A DNA stretch of 63,952 nt, filler included, from Stramenopiles sp. TOSAG23-2 (Eukaryota): assembly GCA_900128395.1 (NCBI GenBank). It is 3 parts of 3 records of this genome, joined end to end, with 100 filler letters (N's around TTAATTAATTAA, not from the genome) between each part and the next. Parts side by side here need not be neighbours in the genome. Positions count along the whole stretch, not along the records: positions 21,775 to 43,436 come from LT649532.1; 2 more parts are not named here. The stretch is one strand, 5' to 3'. Positions 21,775 to 31,099 of this stretch are shown one piece after another. Made by a program: the position numbers and the translations under genes. Every line of letters starts with the position of its first letter. The first letter of the stretch is position 1. Under the pieces are notes generated by a model. It made no database searches. It was given only the letters and a program-made list of their open reading frames with translations, and was not told the DNA's origin.

Positions 21775-22469
21775 CTGCAGCAACAGCATTGGAAGAGCAA
21801 AAAGCTAAAGAAGAAGCTGAAGCGAAAAAAGCGAAAGATGAAGAAGAGGCTGCTGCTGCTGCTGCTGTTGCTGCTGCAACAAAAGCATTGGAAGAGCAAA
21901 AAGCTAAAGAAGAAGCTGAAGTGAAAAAAGCGAAAGATGAAGAAGAGGCTGCAACAAAAGCATTGGAAGAGCAAAAAGCTAAAGAAGAAGCTGAAGCGAA
22001 AAAAGCGAAAGATGAAGAAGAGGCTGCTGCTGCAACAAAAGCATTGGAAGAGAAAAAAGCTAAAGAAGAAGCTGAAGTGAAAAAAGCGAAAGATGAAGAA
22101 GAGGCTGCAACAAAAGCATTGGAAGAGCAAAAAGCGAAAGAAGAAGCTGAAGCGAAAAAAGCGAAAGATGAAGAAGAGGCTGCTGCTGCAACAAAAGCAT
22201 TGGAAGAGAAAAAAGCTAAAGAAGAAGCTGAAGCGAAAAAAGCGAAAGATGAAGAAGAGGCTGCTGCTGCTGCTGCTGTTGCTGCTGCAACAAAAGCATT
22301 GGAAGAGCAAAAAGCTAAAGAAGAAGCTGAAGCGAAAAAAGCGAAAGATGAAGAAGAGGCTGCTGCTGCTGCTGCTGTTGCTGCTGCAACAAAAGCATTG
22401 GAAGAGCAAAAAGCTAAAGAAGAAGCTGAAGCGAAAAAGTCAAAAAATGCAAATGATGTTGTGACATAG
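21775..22469 (+). CDS. C-terminal fragment of an Ala/Glu/Lys tandem-repeat protein (5' end cut by contig start)
   Basis: About 8 near-identical units ATKALEEQKAKEEAEAKKAKDEEEA(A)n, ending SKNANDVVT-stop. Confidence 0.75.
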
Positions 22470-22704
22470 AGGTGAATATTGATTATAAGTAAATACTATA
22501 TATATATATATATATATTAAATATATGAGTAAGAGAACATTTTTATATTATTTAATTAGGGCTTTCCGAGACGTATTTTTATGATAGGACTAAACATCCA
22601 CCATTTAGTCGTATTTATAATATATATATACACATATTGGTTAAAATCTAAAGTTATAATAATTTTACACTTCTCGTGTTAAGTAATATGCTCAATACTC
22701 AACG

Positions 22705-22796
22705 NNNNNNNNNNNNNNNNNNNNNNNNNNNNNNNNNNNNNNNNNNNNNNNNNNNNNNNNNNNNNNNNNNNNNNNNNNNNNNNNNNNNNNNNNNNN
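22705..22796. other. Scaffold gap
   Basis: N run with ATGCTCAATACTCAA on both sides. Confidence 0.9.
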
Positions 22797-23269
22797 ATGC
22801 TCAATACTCAATCGCAAGAATAATATTCTATCCTACTATAGTAAAGCTCTAATGCACCTCTGCAAACTAACACTCTACAAACATGAGTGTAGGTTTCTAT
22901 ATCCTTCCATGCGCTCTCGTTGAACGCGCTGGACGTCGGGGTCATTCGAAAACGGTGAGGTTGTCGAAGTGAAAGATCCTGTTGTGAACAACAACCGGTA
23001 ACTATCCGGATAAAGAGTTTGATCGATTTGACAGATGGAACAATGACCATCCTGTTTTGGCGCCAGTTAATGAAGTATACATCAAACTTCGTCTCTCCTT
23101 AGTCATGGGTTTGTACGAACTTAATAGTTGAATTGGTGCATTGGATACGCAATCGCGTGGGGAAACCAACGTGGTTTCTCGTTATCGATCATCAAGATAT
23201 ATGTTCATGATTGAATCCATAAGATGTCGTTGCAATATGGATTGCACACGTTTTCACACGTTCCAGTTC

Positions 23270-23968
23270 TCATGAATATCCGTTATTACGCCTTTTACTC
23301 TGTGCAAGAAGCATCGAAGGATGGACTGTCAATGCCTCTTTACTTTTCTTTATGCCTAACATATACAGCAGGTTGATTATATCATACGGTCTACGCAAAC
23401 AATATTTATTTTCAGCACCACTACTGACAATCAAATTTCTCCCACCTCGAGTTGCTCTTCCAATATCAGCTATTCCTGACATGAAAAATTTCCTAGCTGA
23501 TTGATTCGATACAGCTTCTCCATACAAAGCTTCAAAATAGACGCCACGATCAATTGCGGTTTTAACTACAGATGGCGACAGGTTGTATTTTAAACCGATG
23601 CTAGTATCTATTGTTATTATATCTATATTTTTCAATTTTTCACACGCATATACAAATGTCGTTTCGCTTATAGGTAAAATAGATATGACATCATATCCTT
23701 TCAAATTTGCTAATTTTACCTTTAAAGCGTCAATATTTGACATATCGTCAAATAATATGGTTAATCTTCTTAGTCCTTTATTATTTACATTGTTATTATC
23801 ACTGTTGCTACTGAATCCATCATCTTTTGAAAATGAAATCTTTTTATCAGATATTAATAACATTTTTTTTATCGTTATAACTTTATCTAATGCATTTATT
23901 TTATACCCACAATCACACACATCGGTAAGAACTTGTTTATTTCTCACGGATAAATCACAAAATGGCAT
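23270..23968 (-). CDS. RPP30: Ribonuclease P/MRP protein subunit p30
   Basis: IDIITID, AIDRGVYFEALY, GRNLIVSSGA and LRRPYDIINL are RNase_P_p30 motifs. ATG at 23968. Confidence 0.9.
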   Translation of the reverse strand: MPFCDLSVRNKQVLTDVCDCGYKINALDKVITIKKMLLISDKKISFSKDDGFSSNSDNNNVNNKGLRRLTILFDDMSNIDALKVKLANLKGYDVISILPISETTFVYACEKLKNIDIITIDTSIGLKYNLSPSVVKTAIDRGVYFEALYGEAVSNQSARKFFMSGIADIGRATRGGRNLIVSSGAENKYCLRRPYDIINLLYMLGIKKSKEALTVHPSMLLAQSKRRNNGYS

Positions 23969-24642
23969 TGTCAATTATTATCTTCGTAATTAATTTGTTT
24001 TAAGCTCTTGGTACGTTATAAAATCATGTATTGTAAATATGTATAATTTCATACATTATACATTAATTGAAATTATCATCGAGTCTATTATTTATTAATT
24101 ATTATTTATTTTTTTTATATATTATCACGCGTCGCTATTATTATTATTATTCTAATTTTTATAATATAGAAGATGATATTAATATATAATTTATAGCTGT
24201 GGATAGTATTATAATAGTATAGACCTCTCTAATAAATAGATATAGGTAGGATCTTGGAGTGGATAGAGGATCCGAGCCGAGACAGAGCGAGAGGAGAGAG
24301 TGGAAATGGATGTTCTGGGTTGACACAATAGTATTTCCATGCTAATAGTTATGTGAGTGTTCGGACATACACACATACATGTTCAAAAACATACAAAATT
24401 TTATTTTTGAACAGAATTCTTTCAACGTATTAATATTTATATATTTCTAAATTGCATACATGAGTCTCAGTGATATTTAGATTGATTCTGATCGGTTTTA
24501 AATCAATTATTTTTTGTAAAAATATTTTTTATCTTGTGTTTTATGTGATATTTTCCATTTAGTTAACGTTTACTATGGGTAAGTTTTTCAAAGAAATTGT
24601 AAAAAGATATGAACATAAAATATGTTTGAAACGTATGTCAAC

Positions 24643-24729
24643 ATGAGAACGCCAGATTCCCACTGAAATGACTATATTTTTGAGATAATTTAAAAAACAA
24701 TGTATTAAGTGGGAAGCTGGCATTTTCAT
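24643..24729. repeat. Imperfect inverted repeat / hairpin (22-bp arms)
   Basis: ATGAGAACGCCAGATTCCCACT (24643-24664) pairs with AGTGGGAAGCTGGCATTTTCAT (24708-24729), with 2 mismatches and 1 G:T. Confidence 0.75.
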
Positions 24730-25341
24730 TGGTTCTTCCTATACAACACTTCAAAGTTCTGGAAATATACATACATGTAAATGTATGTATATAGCATTAA
24801 TTATAAATATATATATATATGGTGAAATGTGTGTAAATTTATTACTTTTTGGAAATTATAAGGTTTTACTGCTATTCCCACACTATTTAAATCGAACGTG
24901 TGAACCAGTGTACCAGTTTGAAACGAAAAATCCTTAAATAGATTAAAACAACTAGTAAAAAGTAATTATTATATTCCTGGTATTCCGGATTCAGAGTAAA
25001 GGTGCTAGTCTATGAGTATAAAGCACTAAACAGTGTCATATCATATTTAGCTCTACTATCCGTGGACTGTACCAGGTAAAAAAAAAAGACCACACAACAC
25101 CACACTACATATAATAACACACCACAATTATTATTATTATATTATCATATAATATGTGTATACAAACATGTATATTGTAATATGTTGTAGCTATTAAAAA
25201 TACATGTAAACGTTTGGATTAATTATTAAATAGTAGTTCTGTAGATTTGCAGATATATGCGAGAATAGAGAGATACATATAATAGCAGTAATATTGCAAA
25301 TTCCTTGCTTCGTGATCAATTAAAAAAAGCAGCTCGTCGCC

Positions 25342-25896
25342 ATGTCTATGCGTAAGTTAAAACACCATGAAAAAAAATTGTTGAAAAAAGTCGATTTCTT
25401 TTGGCAGCGTGAAGGTAATATTAGAGAGATACAAGTCATGAGACGCTACCATATAAATAATAGAGAAGAATATCTGGAATATAATCGGGTATGTGGAATC
25501 ATTACAAAATTAGCATCGAAATTAAAGAAGCTAGATAAAGCAGATAAATTTCGTATAAAAATGACTGAAGATTTATTAAACAAATTATATTTCATGGGAT
25601 TAATAACTACTAGGAAAAGTTTATCACTATGTGAAAAGTTGCCAGCATCTGTGCTATGTAGAAGACGGTTTTCTGTTGTCGTTGTTCGCATGAAGTTTTG
25701 CGAGACTATGAAGCAAGCCGTGACATATATTGAACATGGACATTTAAGGGTTGGTCCTGTAGTTGTCAAAAATCCCGCATTTTTAGTCACACGTAGTATG
25801 GAGGACCATATAACATGGGTTGACTCGTCGAAAATTAAGCGAACAGTTGAAAAATATAATGATCGACTTGATGATTTTGATTTATTACAAGCATGA
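25342..25896 (+). CDS. IMP3: U3 snoRNP protein IMP3
   Basis: MRKLKHHEKKLLKKVDF N-terminus, S4-like ASVLCRRRFSVV...YIEHGHLRVG, and PAFLVTRSMEDHITWVDSSKIK. Confidence 0.96.
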   Translation: MSMRKLKHHEKKLLKKVDFFWQREGNIREIQVMRRYHINNREEYLEYNRVCGIITKLASKLKKLDKADKFRIKMTEDLLNKLYFMGLITTRKSLSLCEKLPASVLCRRRFSVVVVRMKFCETMKQAVTYIEHGHLRVGPVVVKNPAFLVTRSMEDHITWVDSSKIKRTVEKYNDRLDDFDLLQA

Positions 25897-25899
25897 TCG

Positions 25900-25939
<40 letters not shown>

Positions 25940-26019
25940 TGTAAATATTGTATATATATATTATCTAATATAATGTTCGTATACATGATTTAAAATATAC
26001 GGAGTTATTGACACATTTT

Positions 26020-26310
26020 GTGAGATAGATATCATATTAATATTGGTTCAGTCACTGTATTCTTTTGAGAGTAAGGAATTATCATGAGTAGATTTAAAAA
26101 ATAAGTGTTCCGTAATTTAATAAATATTATGATACGCGTAAATGTGTTATATATGTGCATTAAGCTAAATTAAACTAATTAATTTATATATACAGCAGTA
26201 TGTATATTTTATATTTTTTTTTAAAAAAATAAATTTAAAATGCGTAAAAATTAAATTCTACGAGAAGTATCCTACTCTTCAAAAGAATAAAATTTAACTG
26301 AAATATATCA
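26020..26310. repeat. Two inverted copies of the TIR-family repeat
   Basis: TATTCTTTTGAGAGTAAGGAATTATCATGAGTA (about 26058-26090) and TCCTACTCTTCAAAAGAATAAAATTTAACTGAAA (about 26270-26303) match the arms of the 42975-43436 element. Confidence 0.7.
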
Positions 26311-26457
26311 TAATATGATATATTTTTTTTATATCGTATTACAGCAGTTGATGAAAAACGAACATGGTCAAATCTACGTTTTCCCAAGCTAAGAGTCAAG
26401 TAAAAATATCCACTGCTGTGTCGGTGCTAAGTTATGATATATAAAAAAAATAAATTT

Positions 26458-27050
26458 TTACGAATGCTTGAATAAATGGGCAGCATTTTTTAAGATCGAT
26501 CGCGTTGATGCGCTGCTTGCAATTTTTAATTGCTTTTTCAAATCATTTTCAGCTTCTTCATTAGTTTGACCTAGCATCATTTTTTTTGATGGCCAGACCA
26601 AATCTTTAACGTCTTTAAGTTCTGGCAGTTCACAACTTGTTAACAAATAAAGCATTGTTAAAATTAAATTACCATTTTTGCGTGTTATGTGATACAGCTC
26701 GACACATATGGATTCGAATTCATTATATCGATCTGAAATTGCATGTAGCATATCATGTGTAAATACAAATATTTCATTTTCTACTTGAAACCCGGCTTTC
26801 GTTTTAAAATTACCCATGATATGTCCAAAATCGATATGAAAAAATGTACCATCGTCTTTAATCATATAATTATCATTATGACGATCACCAATCCCAAGTA
26901 TATGGGTTGCAACTTTTCATCATTTCATACCTCACGGAATACAATGTTTCCAATTTTGCCGTTGGACTATTATTATTATTATTATGATGATGATGTAGTT
27001 GTTCCATCTCTTTGTATAGAAAAACTAATACTTTACTTGATGAGTCTACT
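26458..27050 (-). pseudogene. Phosphatidylinositol 3-kinase catalytic C-lobe fragment, frameshifted and 5'-truncated
   Basis: VATHILGIGDRHNDNYMI...FFHIDFGHIMGNFK is class-I-like. The upstream ...EMMKSC is in another frame and the expected AGYC is missing at about 26910. No N-lobe is visible before the next gene. Confidence 0.75.
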
Positions 27051-27958
27051 GAAACAGTAAATATATACGTTATAATATACACGTAGGTTTATATAGCTAT
27101 ATATTCAACCTGAATTTTTATCTACAGGACAGTACACAAATCCTTATGTGCACATTTATTATTATATACACTAAATATATATATTCATCAACCTGAATTT
27201 TTATCTATTTATTTATATCCATCTGGACAGAGAGCCAGACAGCCAACAGCCAGACAGCCTTAGAGCTAGTTGAGTGCCAGAGTGCCGCCTGCACGCCCAG
27301 CCAGCACGCCTGGATGGAGTGCCTCGCCGCTTTGCTTAAGGCTTACCAAATTAACAAAATAACACTATTCACTATCGGAAATATGTATATATCGTTTTCT
27401 AAAATACCAATTTTATTTTTCATATATTTGGAAACATTTTTAGTAAACACATCATTTTTTAGGTTGTTGTTGTTGGTGGGTCCAAACATGTATATATCGT
27501 TTTCTAAAATACCAATTTTATTTTTCATATATTTGGAAAAAATAGTAAATATCCGAAAATAAAGAAAAAATGATGAATATTTCCCCCATTACTGTAAGTG
27601 CACATTTGCATGTTTTGTACATTTTTTGTATGTTTTAGTTTGCACGTTTAGCAGCTTTAAATAGAAATGGTAGCAACTGCGTTCAGTATGTAAACAAATC
27701 CTTAATCCATTAATGCACATTTATTACGATATACTGTACAATATAGTACTAAGTCTAATGTTATTTAGATGCTAATTTGTTTCAAATGGTGCAAGGCCCC
27801 AACAAGTATAATATAATAATAATTAATATCAATATGATATATATTGTACAATATATATATATATATGACATATACTGTATATATATAGAGAGAATAGATA
27901 TACCCCCATCCCCCCTCCCCCGGTTCTTTTTCGTGTTTTTTTTACCCCCTATTAAATC

Positions 27959-28584
27959 ATGGGATCATGGTTTTCAAGGAAATTTTCACAATTTGTATTT
28001 AGAAAACATCGTAGGGTTTTAATTGTTGGATTAGATGGTGCGGGTAAAACAAGTAAGTAGAAAATGTTACAACAAAAAAGATTATGAAATTAACTAACAT
28101 ATTATTATATATATACATACACATACATACAGCAATATTATATCAAATGTATGCGAATAAAACAGTAAATAAAAAAGCAACAGAAGGATACAATGTAGAG
28201 TCGCTAAAGGTAAATGGATTCTTATTAAACGTTTGGGATATAGGAGGAAAAGACGATTATAGAAATTTTTGGAGACATTATTATACGGGAACACAAGGTT
28301 TGGTTTTTGTAATTGATTCATCTGATACAGATCGTTTGAAAATTAGCAGGGAAGAAATCGTAGAAGTATTATCAGACGAACAATTAATAAATGCAGCTAT
28401 TTTAATTTTAGCAAATAAACAAGATCATGCTTGTGCTATGCCCCCCGAACAAATTTCACAAATATTAAATTTAGATACATTAATAGGTAAACGTCCATTG
28501 AAAATTCAAGGTTCGACTGCAACAACAGGTGATGGATTATTAAGTGGTTTTACATGGTTAGCAAATAATATGCGATCATTGTAG
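27959..28584 (+). CDS. ARF-like small GTPase (181 aa, one intron 28053-28132)
   Basis: Exon 1 MGSWFS...GLDGAGKT splices through a GTAAGT...CTAAC...CAG intron to TILYQM. G3 is WDIGGK, G4 is ANKQD, G5 is STATTG. N-terminal Gly2 is present. Confidence 0.92.
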
Positions 28585-29064
28585 ATAATATGCGATATGA
28601 AGTACATATATATATATATTTATGTTCGTATCAAAAATGAAAAACAAAACAATATAAAAATAATACAAATGATACATGTACATAAAAAGATATTTTCGTT
28701 TAACGCATTGCATAGTGTGTGATGTAGATGAGTTACATTGTTGTACTTTTATATGCATACCATTTGTAGGTTAATAAATGTACGTCGTATCATATCAATA
28801 CACCCATTATAAAAACTGAATATAATATGATGGTTAATATAATTATACGAAGTTCGTACGAGTAATAAAAAGCTGATTATGGTTAAAATCTACACGAGTA
28901 TAAAAGTTATATATATACGAATATTTTAAATATTTAAAAATAAATATATATATATATTTTAACCAATGACACCACAGAGTAAATTGTACTTTTTTTTATA
29001 AAGATTTTTATATAAATATTACACACAACAAAAAACTCCAAAAAAAGCACCCACTCCCAGATAT

Positions 29065-30375
29065 TTACTTCATGGTCGAACCTAAAATTTTCTCCAACGT
29101 CTTCGTCGCTGCTAACATTCTTTCTTCCATAACTTTCCTAATATCATTGATTTGAGTAACAACATCTTTTAAATTTAATTTGAACGTATTGAAATTCTCT
29201 TCCAATGATTCACACATTGCTAAATGTTGTTCTAAATGATGCCTAGCCTTAGCCATACCTTCTCTTGCATGATCCATATTGAAATTTAAGTCATCACTAA
29301 GTTTATTCAATTCCTCCAATTTCTTTTTAATTTCTTTCGCATCACGACTAATTTTACGTTTTAATTGTTGAATAGTATGCAAATGTCCTTTTTTAGTATT
29401 CATGGACAATTTCAATTTTTCCACCAACCTTTTGTGTGCAAAGTGTGCTTGTTTTTCACGTTCGCCTTCTGTACCATGCGCAGCAGTAAAATGATCGTGA
29501 ATCTTATTTAGCATGGCAATAATTTTATGTGCCGGTTTCGTTTGGTTCTTACTGCTGGTATCTTCATCCTCACCACTATCAGTACTAGCAACGTCTGACG
29601 TTTTAGTAGCTTCATCAATATTTTGTTTTGCATCTGCTTCTTGCTCTGGTGTGTCCATTAATTTTGACCATTGTTCTAAAAAGGATGCGGTCGTTGCATT
29701 GGTTGCAGCTAATGGTTTCGCCGTTGCACGTAGTTCAGCATCTAACTTTTCAGTTGATTCCGTCACAGCTCTTGGGCCTTTGTTTTGTGCAGTTGCACGT
29801 TTTACACTATCCATAATTAAACGTACAATTTTCATACTTTTCCTCCATGCTTTAGAACGCATGTGGAAGTGTCCCATATCCTCTGCTCGTAACGCTTCTG
29901 CATCAGCCAACTCATCTTTCACAGCAGCGATGCCATCGACAAGCGATGCAATCCTATCTTCCGCTTGTTTAATATGTTGATTCAAGGTATCACGCTCACC
30001 TTCTAATTTATGAAGACGTGGCATTAATTCCTTTAAACGAATTTGTGACTCTTTAATAGTACCTGAATATACTTGCAACTCTTTCTCAAAGAACATTTTC
30101 TTTTTCATGCACCTGGCTTCCATTAAACCACGTTCTTTCTCACGGAATTCCATCTCTGAACTAACTTCTTTGCTAATCCCATCTAGCAATAGTAATGATT
30201 CTTTTGGCGATGCAATTTTTTTACTATCTCCAACAGTTGGTGCAGGCACACTACCACTAGGTGCTTGTACTAAACTATTTAATTCTTCTTGTATGGTGGA
30301 TAATGACTTGGCAGCATTTGTAATTCCAGCAGTTGCACATAAAATTACTATGCATATGATAATTGTCGCACGCAT
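29065..30375 (-). CDS. Secreted two-lobed coiled-coil protein resembling extrusome (trichocyst/mucocyst) matrix proteins
   Basis: Signal peptide, then two long helical halves, each with one Cys, separated by a low-complexity linker containing ASFLEQ. Confidence 0.75.
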   Translation of the reverse strand: MRATIIICIVILCATAGITNAAKSLSTIQEELNSLVQAPSGSVPAPTVGDSKKIASPKESLLLLDGISKEVSSEMEFREKERGLMEARCMKKKMFFEKELQVYSGTIKESQIRLKELMPRLHKLEGERDTLNQHIKQAEDRIASLVDGIAAVKDELADAEALRAEDMGHFHMRSKAWRKSMKIVRLIMDSVKRATAQNKGPRAVTESTEKLDAELRATAKPLAATNATTASFLEQWSKLMDTPEQEADAKQNIDEATKTSDVASTDSGEDEDTSSKNQTKPAHKIIAMLNKIHDHFTAAHGTEGEREKQAHFAHKRLVEKLKLSMNTKKGHLHTIQQLKRKISRDAKEIKKKLEELNKLSDDLNFNMDHAREGMAKARHHLEQHLAMCESLEENFNTFKLNLKDVVTQINDIRKVMEERMLAATKTLEKILGSTMK

Positions 30376-30631
30376 TGTGTTTAATAGTGTATATATTACG
30401 ATTGCTCGCTCGCGCTCTCTCTCTCTCTTGCTTTTATCAATACAATTACACTATATATTGATACTACTGCTAACTCTCTCTCTCTCTTTCTTTCATTTTT
30501 ATCAATTTTCACTGTTTCGTGCTTTCCTCCCCTCTCTTTGTGCATAAAAAGATAGAATAAACACTTCTTTTTTTTAAAATATGAAATTGATAGGAAGTTA
30601 TACTAAGAGAATATAAAAACGAGAAGGGTAG

Positions 30632-30777
30632 AATTTTTACTGGACCCGGGGATTGGAAAATTTTCGGTACAAATAATTTTTTAGCCTACTTAAAGATGTT
30701 ACTCCGGGTACCTGCTGAGCATATACTACTGCGGATATTGTACCGAAAATGGTCCAATCGCCGGGTCTGTAAAAATT
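30632..30777. mobile_element. Putative MITE with about 41-bp imperfect terminal inverted repeats
   Basis: AATTTTTACTGGACCCGGGGATTGGAAAATTTTCGGTACAA versus the reverse complement of the right arm, AATTTTTACAGACCCGGCGATTGGACCATTTTCGGTACAA. Confidence 0.6.
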
Positions 30778-31099
30778 AATCGGGATATTTCATAAAAAAC
30801 AATATAGGTATACTAACAACAACTGCTTACCTATAATACCAGCTTACCTAGAGAGCTATACAGTAGCTTACCTGGCTTAGACGACTACGTATCCTAAGGT
30901 AGCTACTATAGTACACTTAAAATTAATAAAGTAAGAGTGGTAATGTGCTATAATACTATAATACGAAATATTATTACATAAAAAAATATATATATGTTCC
31001 GAAGTAGAGAGACGTCAATAAAACAATAGCCCATCCCTTCAGATTTTACACGAAACTAAAGAAGGAAAAGAAGAGAAGTATATATACAACATAACAAGC

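Noticed and set aside
21775..22440. Regular repeats resembling a CRISPR array
   Set aside because: Units are contiguous in-frame coding repeats with no unique spacers, no cas genes are present, and the context is eukaryotic.
21723..22464. Alternative-frame repeat ORFs (Phe/Cys/Ser-rich minus strand; Lys/Leu-rich plus strand)
   Set aside because: Shadows of the A/E/K repeat coding frame.
22930..22950. CGGGGTCATTC resembling the 3' conserved region of RNase MRP RNA, next to RPP30
   Set aside because: No matching 5' P4 strand (GAAAGTCCCC-like) found upstream. Too short to support a call.
27343..27562. Short ORFs with an internal repeated peptide on both strands
   Set aside because: They derive from a 105-bp-period partial duplication in an intergenic region and show no recognisable domain.
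28084..28132. N-terminus MKLTNILLYIYIHIHT of the listed ARL ORF
   Set aside because: It is intron sequence. The real P-loop exon is 27959-28052.
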